A stretch of DNA of 64,000 bases from Candidatus Bathyarchaeota archaeon (GCA_963702095.1 OY969706.1:576001-640000); one strand, 5' to 3'; shown: positions 50,311-60,873, counted from the first letter of the stretch. The notes: generated from the sequence alone by a model not told the origin. Numbers and translations: made by a program.

Positions 50311-50468
50311 TTTCCCCTTTCTCTTTTTTTGGGAACTAAAATGCAAAGGTGAATATGAGGGCTGAGAAGGCTCTGGAATAATATTGGCAGTAACGGGTAG
50401 TTGAGAATGGTTTAGTTGCATTTTCCATTCTTCTCTCCTTAGACGGGTTCCGGAGCCCCAGCAAACCA
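50311..50468 (+). repeat. Beta-propeller 3'-flank structured element, copy 2
   Basis: Invariant 28-mer at 50404-50431; outer stem GGCTCTGGAA (50369-50378) / TTCCGGAGCC (50448-50457). Confidence 0.85.
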
Positions 50469-50558
50469 TACCCAAATTGGCATCTCGATCTATCTGTTTG
50501 GGATTAAAGGGCTTGTTTGGGGTTTATCAGTTGTTTTAGGGTGCCACTGGCTGTTCTC

Positions 50559-51422
50559 TTATTCTATTTCTTTCATTCCTTTAATGGGTGAAATGATGTA
50601 ATTGTGTTTGCTGGTGTCATAGAGGTTCTGGTCTTCGGTTGCTTCGTTCCAGAGTCGTTCGAAGTAGTCTTGAAGTACAGCGACTAGGCATGGGTTGTCC
50701 GAGTACAGTCTGGGCGTCTCTCTAGGTTTAGAAGCTGCTGCAACCCTTATTAAAACCCGTTTCCTATCGTCTATTCTGATTGTGGTTAAGGGTTCTTTAG
50801 AAATTATCCTTAATTCAATTTTCCACTTTCTATTTCTTTTTTGGCTGAGGATTTTGGGAAGATCTTGTCCTTCTTTAGGTTTGTTTGTGATTACTCTAAG
50901 CTTCACTTTTTTATCCATTAGTGCTTGGATTAATTCAGAGTCTTTTACTATTCTGCGCCTGAATAGATCAAATGAATCTAGAATATCTATACTATTCTCG
51001 GTAATCTTCGCGGCAACTTCTAATTTATGAATTAATGATTGTTCATTTTGGATTAGGTTGAATATGTATTCATTGGATGATTTGTTTGCAATTTGCTTGG
51101 TTCCAAAATGCGTTAATAGTTTTTTTGCTCTTCCTTTAAGGAGGTCGTACTCTTGAGCTCTTTCTTTTAATAGGGTTGCTAAGCAATCTTGTAGTGGAAG
51201 GGCTCTGAATTCGGCAGGTGAAGTTATTAATTTTTCTACTATCCCTTTTCTTTCTAGGTCATATATTGTCCGGTAGATGTCTTGCCTGTTTACTTTTGAT
51301 GTTTTCCAGATTGCTTGGGCTTTCGATTGTCCTAAGCTTAGCAGGGCTAGGTAGACTTTTGCTTGTGTGCTGTTGAGCCCTAGGGCTATTAGGGCTTCTG
51401 TGTCAGGGTCCTTGAGGTCCAT
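50559..51422 (-). CDS. TrmB-family transcriptional regulator
   Basis: LGLNSTQAKVYLALL, RQDIYR...LERKG, PLD-like C-terminal domain (IDDRKRVLI, YFERLW). Confidence 0.88.
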   Translation of the reverse strand: MDLKDPDTEALIALGLNSTQAKVYLALLSLGQSKAQAIWKTSKVNRQDIYRTIYDLERKGIVEKLITSPAEFRALPLQDCLATLLKERAQEYDLLKGRAKKLLTHFGTKQIANKSSNEYIFNLIQNEQSLIHKLEVAAKITENSIDILDSFDLFRRRIVKDSELIQALMDKKVKLRVITNKPKEGQDLPKILSQKRNRKWKIELRIISKEPLTTIRIDDRKRVLIRVAAASKPRETPRLYSDNPCLVAVLQDYFERLWNEATEDQNLYDTSKHNYIISPIKGMKEIE

Positions 51423-51816
51423 TCTTGCCCTAACACCCTGATGCAACGTAGCCAAATCTGCTGTGAGAATCGACTAATGCGATCATCTCTTCTACGGTTT
51501 GCATTTTTCTTCCTTTCATTTTTCTATCAGAATCAGATTTAAGCCTGCCTCACCTGACGTGAATGCATGAAGTATTAAAGATCCAATCGCTAGCCTGCTA
51601 AACATGATGGTGCTTATTGCGCCAGCAGGGTTAATTACTGCTTGGGTTTTCTTAGCATCTAAACCTCTTTTTTCTCTGTAAAGGCATTCTAAAGTTCAGA
51701 TTGATTTTGCTTTAACTGTTTTCCCGACACCACACCTACTGCGTTAGCACTGTCTGGAGTCGGAACTACTTTGTATCTGTGGTCATTAAACTTCCGTAGT
51801 AGCAATCGATGAAACA

Positions 51817-51911
51817 ATCCCTTTCCCTTTTTATTGGCACCCAAATGCAATAGGTGATATGTGATTTGAGTGGGCTCTGAATGAAAAATAACGGTTGCGG
51901 CTGAGGAATGA
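51817..51911 (+). repeat. Partial (5' half) copy 4 of the structured element
   Basis: TTTCCCTTTTT, TGAGTGGGCTCTGAA, AAAAATAAC, GTTGCGG, GAATG match copy 3; the 3' half is absent. Confidence 0.65.
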
Positions 51912-52147
51912 TTATTCTTCGTTTCTGCCTGTTTTCTCGGAAGCAATTCCTTATTTCGATCTCGCCCTTTCCATTTTTCTAACGTCTTCTTCTTGATTTC
52001 ATTTCCGGATTTTATTATTTTTTACTACTTTCCACTTATTTTTTTCTATTTTTGTAGGCGTATCGATCTACGGCAAGTACTTAAATTTCAAGTGAAGGAC
52101 ATGAGGAGCTACAAAATGGAAAGCCATTTTGCAAAAGAGGTTTATAA

Positions 52148-54804
52148 ATGAAAAGAAATGAGAATACGAAAAAATTAGTAGTACTTTCAACACTCTTGAT
52201 GCTTTCTATTGCAGCTTCACTGCTATTGGCTCCAAACGCAGCGCAAGTCTATCCACCAGCAGGCACCGAAATTCCGACTTATGCTTATCTTAACATTGCT
52301 CCTAACCCTGCAGGCGTTGGCCAAACTGTCACTGTCAACTTCTTCTTAGCAACACCTATGGAAACTAGTGAAAGACCGGTCAATATGACGGTTGTTCAGA
52401 CGAATCCTGATGGTACAACCAAGACGTTGGGTCCGTTTACAGGCGATACCACCGGTGGCTCATACACTACATTCGTTCCCGACCATGTGGGTAACTGGAC
52501 GTTCCAGTTCTTCTATGGTGGACAAGTACTCACAGGAACCAGCCGATGGGCAAACTTAACCAATGCACCCAGTCAAAGCGAAAAAGTAACACTCGTTGTC
52601 CAAGAAGAAGCTATCTCTCGAAGTTCATACCCAATCACTCCATTGCCAACAGCTTGGTGGGAAACTCCAGTAAACGCTGAAAACGTACAGGAATGGTACA
52701 AGATATGCGGTCCATGGCTAGGCTTCGGCAGCATAAACTTTGGTCAAACAGGTTCTTATAATTCTACCAGCTTCTGCAATCCCTACACACCATCTGTACT
52801 TTCTGGACACGTTCTCTGGACTAAGGTCTGGGCGAACGGCGGTGTAGTCGGCGGAGATGCGGGAGGAAGTGAAGATACTGGCCACTACTGGTCCACAAGA
52901 CAATACCAGCCACAATACGCTCCAGTCATAATCAACGGCATTCTGTACTCACAGACCTATGACATTGGTACGGGCACAAACATGGGCCATGGTATACAGG
53001 CAGTTAACATCTACACTGGCGAAACCATCTACACTATAAACACAACCAACTCCCTAAGATGCGGCATGACGACAAGATACTACCAAGCTAACCAATATGG
53101 CGCTGTCGGTCCGTTCATCTGGACAACCGGTACGTTGCCCGCAAGTGACACAGGTGGCTCTATACCTAGAAACGTAGGCACACAATGGAACATGTATGAT
53201 GCACTGAACGGCGAGTACGTCCTAAGTATCGTTAACGGCTCAGCTTTGACTCTTAGACCTGACGAGAACGGCAACCTGATCGGCTACTTCCTAAACAGCA
53301 CTAATGGCGCATGGAGTGAAACTGTTTATCCAGCACCGGGCCAAAGCAAAGTTGTCAACGGTACCGGTCCCCACCTAACCTGTGTGAACATGACCATGGC
53401 TATGGGTACAACAGGCGGCTCATTCCAACCAGCACGCAACACAGTCCGAGAGATGAAGACGGGCTACATGTGGACAGTCCCAGTACCAACCGAAATTAAC
53501 GGCGCAGCAATATCCCCTGATCTAGCAGTTAGGGAAGGAATCACTGGCAATGCACTCATTATGACAGGTGGCTTCATTCACGGCCAGGGTGTCGGTGGTG
53601 AATCAGCAGGTTGGCTGCAGTAGCAGCAAGTTTCGATGCAGACTCAGGTACTCAACTTTGGTGTAAGAACTTTACTTACGATGGCGGCTTCAAATCATTC
53701 TTGCCCTACACGAGGACTTCACAGGCTTACGGTGAAGGCGTCATATTCAACATGAACGACGTCAACTATGTTATAGATGCTATCGATGCACGCACAGGCG
53801 ATAAGTTGTGGACGGCAACATTTGCTGGTGATAATGGTGCAGAACCAAACTACTATGACTTGTTCAGTCTCAAACCCTACGTTGCTAACGGCAAACTCGT
53901 CACTGTGGGCCTTGGCGGAGATGTCTGGGCTCATGATGCAAAGACAGGCGCATTGGCATGGTACACAAACACAACAAAGATTCTAGGTGACCCGGGCATT
54001 GAAACTCCGTATGGTATCTGGCCATTCTGGGTCTTCAGTTGCAACGGCTTCTCAAACGACATAGCATACTTAGCAGTCGGACATGAATATAACCCGCCGC
54101 TGTTCCATGGAGCACAAATGATAGCTCTTAACTTGACTGATGGATCAACTGTATGGACTGAACTAGGCACCTACACACGCTCCACATCAATCGCATACGG
54201 CATTCTGTTCTCATTGAACATGTATGACAACCAACTCTATGCTTTCGGTAAAGGTCCAAGCCAAACCACAATATCTGTTCCACAAGTCGGCGTTTCAACA
54301 GACACCGCAATCACCATCACTGGCAGAGTTACCGACATTGCTGAAGGTTCAAAGCAACATGCAGTTGCAGCTAACTTCCCCAACGGCGTACCATGCGTTT
54401 CTGACGAAAGCCAAAGCAAATTCATGGAACATGTCTACCAGCAACAGCCAATCCCAATGGATACCACCGGTGTTTCAGTGACAATCAGCGTAGTCGACTC
54501 TAACGGCAACTACCGCCAGATCGGTTCAACAAAGACTGTTGATGGCACTTACGCATTCGTCTGGACTCCTGACATCTCTGGTACTTTCCAGATGATTGCA
54601 AGCTTTGACGGTTCCAACTCGTACTATCCATCGTCTGCAACATCGTACTTCTATGCGGGCGAAGCAGCAACACCTCAACCGACTACACAGACACAAACTG
54701 GCTTAGCTACAACTGCTGATTTGTTAACCTACATGGCGGCTGGCGTAATAGCTATCATCATCGTGGTAGTCATCGTCGGTTTACTTATCCTTCGGAAGAA
54801 ATAA
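52148..54804 (+). pseudogene. PQQ-like beta-propeller surface protein split by a frameshift at ~53618
   Basis: Removing 2 nt joins GWL and VAASFDADSG, colinear with GWLVVAAQDATTG in the paralog at the window start. Confidence 0.8.
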
Positions 54805-54830
54805 GCGGTAAAAAACAAAACCAAAAATCC

Positions 54831-54983
54831 TTTCCCTTTTTTTGGGAACAATGAATGCATCGGATAAATATGTGGGCTGAGTGGGCTCTGGATAAAAATA
54901 ACTAGTTGCGGTTGAAGAATGGTTTAGTTGCATTTTCCATTCTACTCTTCCTTTAGTTTGGGTTCCAGAGCCCCAGCAAACCC
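54831..54983 (+). repeat. Beta-propeller 3'-flank structured element, copy 3
   Basis: Invariant 28-mer at 54916-54943; perfect outer stem GGGCTCTGGA (54883-54892) / TCCAGAGCCC (54964-54973), plus GCTG/CAGC. Confidence 0.85.
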
Positions 54984-55012
54984 ATTTCTTTTCAGTTGTT
55001 GTTACAACGATT

Positions 55013-55480
55013 TTACCGCACTTCGTCGCCTTTGGGACGAGGAGTGTTTTTTCTGTAAAGCGCAATCCCCTCAACTAGGAACAAGACCATGGCTACGGCA
55101 GTCATGCCTGTCAAGAAGAGGAAACTGCTTTGAATCACTAAATCCTTAATAACCAAACTAAGTAAGAGTATACTTACTTCTGCGGCGAAAGCGCCCATAA
55201 AAAAGAAGGAGTAAAACATCAACCGTGGCACGAGGTTTTTGCCGACCCACACGTGCCCGTTGATGCTTGCTTTTTCCTTTAGGATATAGTCGCCGTAGCT
55301 GTTTTTCTCTATTAATCCCATGTCTTCGAGTTTTTGCAGGTGGCGGTGTGCGACGCTGGTGCTGCTGAGTTGTGCGCCTCTGGTTACGTCTCTGGTTCCC
55401 ACTGGTTTGGCTTCGTGGACGATGTATGCGTAGACGGTTAATGTGTTGCCTTCTAATGTTTCAGTTGATGCGCCAGCCAT
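55013..55480 (-). CDS. Membrane-tethered LexA-like winged-HTH regulator
   Basis: LEGNTL, VGTRDVTRGAQLSSTSVAHRHLQKLE, GHVWVGKNLVPRL, two TMs. Confidence 0.85.
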   Translation of the reverse strand: MAGASTETLEGNTLTVYAYIVHEAKPVGTRDVTRGAQLSSTSVAHRHLQKLEDMGLIEKNSYGDYILKEKASINGHVWVGKNLVPRLMFYSFFFMGAFAAEVSILLLSLVIKDLVIQSSFLFLTGMTAVAMVLFLVEGIALYRKNTPRPKGDEVR

Positions 55481-55498
55481 GCCTGTAACTCCTTTAAG

Positions 55499-56215
55499 TC
55501 ATAATTTTTCCCTAGCAAACAAGGGGTTAATCTGGTCTAGTTCTTGCTGAGGAATAGCGGTGTTGTATAGGTAGCCGTCGCGGTAACGTGTTAACTCGAT
55601 TTGCATTATTGGCTCCGAATTTTCGTTAGCGTAAATCTGAGTTGATGCAAAATTTACTGAGCGTATTATCGAGTTTTCAAGGTAGATTTTCATTGTAAGT
55701 GTCTCTGGCTGTTCTGTCGTAAGGTTCCAGTTGTCATCATAGCCGTTTTTGAAGTTTTGAGCTGTTCCATTGTACGATCCTGTTCTGCCTACGGGGCCTC
55801 TGTCACTTTCAAGATTAAAAATGTACCAGTTGTCAAGAAAGAACGTGAAATTGGCGGGTGGCTCATTGCCTGTGGTAGCCACGGCGCTTAGTGTTATATT
55901 TCCTATTGATGTTCCATCTGATGATAATTCTGCTCTGTAAGTTTCATAGTAAGCAACTGGGTCATCGGTAAACTCAAAATTCGGTGACGACTCAAAAATA
56001 ATTGAGAATGCCCATCCATATGTATCGTTTGTCAGTGTATTGTTATCCCACACATTACGTATGTAAGCGTATGACATGTCAAACTTTAATGCGGGTCTAT
56101 CAACTGATGGTTGCGCTGCGGCTGGGGTCATCAAATATGTTAAAGGCGCTATTGTTGATATTCCGATTGCGACTGCAAGGATGCTGCATAGGATTAGTTT
56201 CTTTTCAAACTGCAT
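55499..56215 (-). CDS. Membrane-anchored extracellular protein (KLILC family), putative sensor partner
   Basis: KLILCSILAVAIGISTIAPL; C-terminal LTRYRDGYLYN. Confidence 0.8.
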   Translation of the reverse strand: MQFEKKLILCSILAVAIGISTIAPLTYLMTPAAAQPSVDRPALKFDMSYAYIRNVWDNNTLTNDTYGWAFSIIFESSPNFEFTDDPVAYYETYRAELSSDGTSIGNITLSAVATTGNEPPANFTFFLDNWYIFNLESDRGPVGRTGSYNGTAQNFKNGYDDNWNLTTEQPETLTMKIYLENSIIRSVNFASTQIYANENSEPIMQIELTRYRDGYLYNTAIPQQELDQINPLFAREKL

Positions 56216-56252
56216 TTTTGGTTCTTCACCACTCCAGTAAGCAGTAGATTGG

Positions 56253-56296
56253 CAATATATTTCTCACTATAGAACGAAACTGTTCTCACAGAGAAC
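56253..56296 (-). promoter_or_regulatory. Operator GTTC-N7-GAAC-N6-GTTC, then 11 nt, then TATA (ATATATTG)
   Basis: Minus strand GTTC TCTGTGA GAAC AGTTTC GTTC (56296-56272). Confidence 0.8.
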
Positions 56297-56364
56297 ACAC
56301 TAAGAGGTAAGTATTCAGCGGGTTTGGCAGGACCTCTTTAGAGTGTTTCAGATCTGGTAGCCGC

Positions 56365-56874
56365 TCAAAGTGTTCTTCGTTTCCTCAGATTAATAATTAA
56401 CAGCAAAACCAATGAAAGAATACCCACACCAACTATCGCTAATGAGAACATCAGCAGGTCTTTTTCAAAGCCAGAAAAACTTAAAACCACCTTAATATTG
56501 GTAGCCTTATCTTCTGGCAAATGAACCAAAACAGCATAACCGCCCCTGCCCTGAGGTTGCTCACTAAAAACGCCCTCGGCGAGATCCTCATACGACCAAA
56601 CTGCATTAACCGACTTGTCAGTGTTCCATTGTTTTATAGCCGCCTCATCCAAAATATATACGCTAACAGTATTATTCGCCCTAATGTTAACGCTGAAATC
56701 TCGATCAAACATCAAAAAATCAGGATACAAAACCCACCCAATAGTAGCCCCCTCCGCTTCATTACCAAAATTCATAATCTTAGGCACCGAATTAACTCTA
56801 ACTGCCGTAACAGCCAAAAGAGCCAGACCAACCAAGAAAACAGCCAAACCCAACCTCAAACTCTTTTTCAACAT
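56365..56874 (-). CDS. Two-TM protein with an extracellular beta domain
   Basis: TMs at both ends; YILD...W and GFEKDLL are shared with the N-terminal part of the upstream gene. Confidence 0.75.
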   Translation of the reverse strand: MLKKSLRLGLAVFLVGLALLAVTAVRVNSVPKIMNFGNEAEGATIGWVLYPDFLMFDRDFSVNIRANNTVSVYILDEAAIKQWNTDKSVNAVWSYEDLAEGVFSEQPQGRGGYAVLVHLPEDKATNIKVVLSFSGFEKDLLMFSLAIVGVGILSLVLLLIINLRKRRTL

Positions 56875-56886
56875 AACATATCCTCC

Positions 56887-58261
56887 CTAGTCAATCTCCA
56901 TTTTACGAGTAAAATAAACAAAAGAAAAAACAAGCAACGAAACCGAAACACCCCCAACAACAAAAACGCTAAACAACCCATCAATCAGCGGTGTAAAAGA
57001 TAAACCGCCATATACATACTGGCGGATAAAAGTGAACCCGTTTGTAAATCGGCCTGTGAAACTAACAAGACTTTCCTGAGCAACGCTTTCAATGCCAAAT
57101 AGCAGGAGTGCAGAGGCTAAAATGGAGAGTACCTCATTTTTAGTAACCACCGACAAAGCAGTCGATATAGTGCAAACTAAGAGAAGTTGAAGAAGCACAA
57201 GCAGTACTGAAGCATAAAACATTGGTTCAAAAGGATTAAGCGCTAAAAGAGGAATCTGTAGCGCAAACACACCAACATAAACAGCAGCGAGCACAGTAAA
57301 GAGGGCTATAAATTTCGCCAAAAACAGTTTACTTCGCTGCACAGGATAGGAAAGAACCATTTTTGTCTCGCCTCTAGAAATGCCGCCTGCATAACTATGA
57401 CAAAACAAAACGCCCGCAATAAATATGAGCAAAAGAAAAATTGACTGGATCCCCACGGTAAGATTATCATAACTGGACGCTGGCGAAAACTCCTTAATAA
57501 CTGGGGTTAAAACCGTGAAAACGGCAATCACCAGTATAACTTCTAACATTGGAAAAGCAAAAGATTCCTCCAACTCCCAAACTAAGAGCCTACGCAGTTG
57601 ACCCCCAACCCTTGATCCACCTGCGCTTTTAGTATGAGCACTCGACACAACTTTTTGAGATAACAGCACGGTAGCACTACTGCTATTGTCATCTTTTTTT
57701 GGTTCTGCACCAGTAGAGGGCTTTTTTGTTTTGCCTTGAAACAATACCTTAGAAACTACAGTAATAAATAGACCTGCAGCAATTGTCGTTGCTGAAATCC
57801 ACAGCAAATCACTCTCATACCCATACAATTTTGGGAACATCTGCCCGTTTAGGCTTTCATTGTCAGGACTAATCACTAGTAAGAAATAGTCCTCTCTATG
57901 GGGGATTTCCATAGTTAAGTTACCTGTAGATGAGACGCCTTTAGCAGACCAAACAGGATCAATAGCTTTTTGTGAGTTCCAAAGCTCGCTGCCTTTAGAG
58001 TCAAGGAGGTAAAAGTCCAAAGATGAAATGGGCTTCAGGTGAAGATATTCATCAAGATAAGTAAAGTTTAATGATATAGCGTAGTTACGTGGTGACAGGG
58101 AATAAGGACCCGAGAAAAAAGTACTCGCAGTCCCTCCGAAGCAACCTGTCTGGCCAGGTAGAAGTCCAGGTGCTTCGGTAAATGGTTCCTGCTAAAAAAG
58201 AGGAGCCAATGACTAGGAGCATTAGGCCAATTGTTGTGAGCAGTTTGGATTTGTTTCTCAA
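56887..58261 (-). CDS. ABC-2 permease fused to an N-terminal extracellular domain; 1-nt frameshift near 58160
   Basis: TTG 58261 gives MRNKSKLLTTIGLMLLVIG; the 58020 frame is open back to ~58190; permease motif GETKMVLSYPVQRSKLFLAK. Confidence 0.7.
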
Positions 58262-58263
58262 TA

Positions 58264-59013
58264 TTAGTCGACCTCCATTTTACGGGTAAAATAGACAAAA
58301 ACGAATAGTAACGCAAGTATTGCAGTTATAAGCGGAAACAATATTGAACCCGTGAACTGCTCAAACGTAGGGGGTATAAGTGAGAGACTATGAGGGCCAG
58401 GGTGGGTTATTTGTTCAAAATACCCAAAAATATTGGTGAACCTTCCAATTGACGAGAAAATGCTGGAATAAAATGAGTTATCAAGTCCAAAAATCAACAG
58501 AAAAGAAACAACAATGGAAACCAATTCACTTTTAGCTATCATAGAAACACCCACTGAAACAGCACTCACAAATAGTAACTGTAGAAAAATCGTAAACAAA
58601 GACACATAAAACATGGGCTCTAGCACACTTATCGCGTTAATGTAAAGATTCATTGCGTATGCAGATGCATATATGCCAAAAATTATTAGATTAAGGGCAA
58701 GCACTTTTGATACGAAAATTTGCCAGCGCTTAACCGGATAAGACAACATTCTCTTTAGGTCGCCTCTTCCGAAGCTACCTGCAAAACTATGCGAAAACAA
58801 AGTACATGTAACAAGAGTTAAAATAAGGAAAATAGTGGTTACACCATTAGATAAATCGCTGTAACTATGGCTGAATCCGTTAATGGTTGTTGATTGAACT
58901 AAAACTGCAAGTATTGCTGAGGCAACAATTAAAGACAGGACAGGCAAGCTTAGGTGGTTTTCAATTTCCCAAATGAATAATCGGGAAAACGTCTTTGGTT
59001 TGGGGTTATTCAT
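58264..59013 (-). CDS. ABC-2 type permease
   Basis: RGDLKRMLSYPVKRWQIFVSK, about 6 TMs, YFTRKMEVD end shared with its neighbour. Confidence 0.88.
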   Translation of the reverse strand: MNNPKPKTFSRLFIWEIENHLSLPVLSLIVASAILAVLVQSTTINGFSHSYSDLSNGVTTIFLILTLVTCTLFSHSFAGSFGRGDLKRMLSYPVKRWQIFVSKVLALNLIIFGIYASAYAMNLYINAISVLEPMFYVSLFTIFLQLLFVSAVSVGVSMIAKSELVSIVVSFLLIFGLDNSFYSSIFSSIGRFTNIFGYFEQITHPGPHSLSLIPPTFEQFTGSILFPLITAILALLFVFVYFTRKMEVD

Positions 59014-59933
59014 CGTTTTTCCCCAACGGTTTGAGTATAAATTTCTTCAAGTGACCCTAAGGTTTTCTGGAAACTTTTCAGTTGCAGTTTTAGTTCTGAA
59101 GCCATTTTGGGGATTTCTGTATAAAACGCGTCTGGATTATTGACCTTACAGAATATTTTGCCGTTTTCAATCCAAACCCTGTCGATTGAGCTTAATTTTT
59201 GGAGCGCTGTCGTGAATTGTTGAGGGTCTGATACTTCAATTTTATAGATGCTGGCCGAATACCTTTCTGTTAGGTTATTTATGTAGCCTTGGTCGACTGT
59301 TTTTCCTTGGTCAATTATGACGAGGTAATTGCAGATCTTTTCTAGGTCACTTAGTATATGGGTAGATATGAGAAAGCTTGTGGCACGTTTTTCATGCATT
59401 TCTTTAATTTTCCCTAAAAGAGTGATTCGCCCCAGAGGATCGATGTTTGCGGTGGGTTCGTCAAGTATTGCTAATTCCGGATTGCCTATTAGTGCCTGAG
59501 CTAAGCCTAGTCGTTTGAACATACCTGCCGAGTAAGTTTTTATGGGTTTATCCTGCGCTTGAGTTAAGTCTACGTCGTTAAGTAGTTCGTCTATAGTTTG
59601 GTCGATTTGTGTTATGCCGTAGAGTTTTGCGACGTGTGTTAGGAAACGTCTTGCGCTAAAGTTGCCAGGGTAGGCGTTGGTTTCATGCATAACGCCCAAT
59701 TTTTGCCGTATTTCAAAAGAGTTTTTCCAACAATCCAAACCAAACACGGAGGCTTGACCTTTGTTAGCCTTAATTAATCCTAAGAGTACACCGATGGTTG
59801 TGGTTTTGCCTGAGCCATTTTTTCCTACAAACCCCGAGATACCCTTCGGAATCTGCATAGTTAAATCATTTAACGCAGGTGCTTTTTTAAAAGTCTTCAC
59901 AAGATTAGACGTTTCTACAACAAATTCTTCCAT
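59010..59933 (-). CDS. ABC transporter ATP-binding protein
   Basis: GKNGSGKTT, YSAGM, ILDEPT, STH. Confidence 0.95.
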   Translation of the reverse strand: MEEFVVETSNLVKTFKKAPALNDLTMQIPKGISGFVGKNGSGKTTTIGVLLGLIKANKGQASVFGLDCWKNSFEIRQKLGVMHETNAYPGNFSARRFLTHVAKLYGITQIDQTIDELLNDVDLTQAQDKPIKTYSAGMFKRLGLAQALIGNPELAILDEPTANIDPLGRITLLGKIKEMHEKRATSFLISTHILSDLEKICNYLVIIDQGKTVDQGYINNLTERYSASIYKIEVSDPQQFTTALQKLSSIDRVWIENGKIFCKVNNPDAFYTEIPKMASELKLQLKSFQKTLGSLEEIYTQTVGEKR

Positions 59934-59943
59934 CAAAACCACC

Positions 59944-60828
59944 TTAGTTTTTCTTTCTCCTACGTTTAATTAATAAAGTCACGACCAGCAAAATGATCGC
60001 TATTGGTATTATGGAGTAGTACAGGATTTGGTTCCAGTTTATTGTTGAACGCTCAGGCACCAGGTTGATGTTTGTCTCAGAAACCGTCCCGGGACCATTG
60101 GCAATGCCGACTACTGCGAAGACGGGATCCCAGAAGATGATGCCTAAACTAAGGCCTGTATCCAAATCACAACCAAAATTTAGCGTCAAATACGGGTTAT
60201 TGTTAATAGTAATGCGTGGACTTGTTACGAATATGTCTTGGTTTCCCTGAACTGTGGTAGTCCACGAATCAGAAGTCGTCGTTACTGGTGATGTGACTGT
60301 TTTTGAATTTTCTTCCCACATAGTTATTTCTTGGCCATTGACTGGGTTTGCAGGCAACCACAAATGCGTAGTACCCAAGAACGTCCCATTAACATTACAC
60401 ACGCTCCTAGTGTAGAGATCGACGTAAACCTCAGCGGTACGTTGTATAGGCACCTTTTCGGAAGAATTATCAACATAATTTACTTTTTCTCCAACGTAGT
60501 CAAGTGTAACCTGCAACTTTGCCATAGTGGCATTAACACTTTCACACCGCCACATTAGACTAGAACTATTAGTTTCAAGAACAGTGTCTAGCTTTTGAGC
60601 TGGTAGCGTGTAATTGGTTCCAGCAAACTTGGGATTAGATAAATTGAAAAAAGCAAAAGAGCATAAATTAGAAGCGCCGGGGATGGAGGGTTCGTATTTT
60701 ACGTATGTGCCTTCTTTTAGCCATGAAGGAGCAAAAGCATCCCTTGCAGTGGCAACTGGAATAAAAGTGCATACACACAAACACAGCATCAACATTGAAA
60801 CTATAAGTTTACGTGAATCTGTCACCAT
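59944..60828 (-). CDS. Surface protein, first gene of the ABC operon
   Basis: Signal peptide, WLKEGTYVKY, C-terminal TM then KRRRKKN. Confidence 0.8.
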   Translation of the reverse strand: MVTDSRKLIVSMLMLCLCVCTFIPVATARDAFAPSWLKEGTYVKYEPSIPGASNLCSFAFFNLSNPKFAGTNYTLPAQKLDTVLETNSSSLMWRCESVNATMAKLQVTLDYVGEKVNYVDNSSEKVPIQRTAEVYVDLYTRSVCNVNGTFLGTTHLWLPANPVNGQEITMWEENSKTVTSPVTTTSDSWTTTVQGNQDIFVTSPRITINNNPYLTLNFGCDLDTGLSLGIIFWDPVFAVVGIANGPGTVSETNINLVPERSTINWNQILYYSIIPIAIILLVVTLLIKRRRKKN

Positions 60829-60873
60829 TTATACACACCAACTATCGCTTGGTCCAACCAATCAGGCAGGCAG

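Noticed and set aside
53621-53623. In-frame TAG as pyrrolysine or readthrough, with the 3' element acting as a recoding signal
   Set aside because: Homology to the paralog continues in a different frame, so this is an indel. The element also follows paralogs that have no internal stop.
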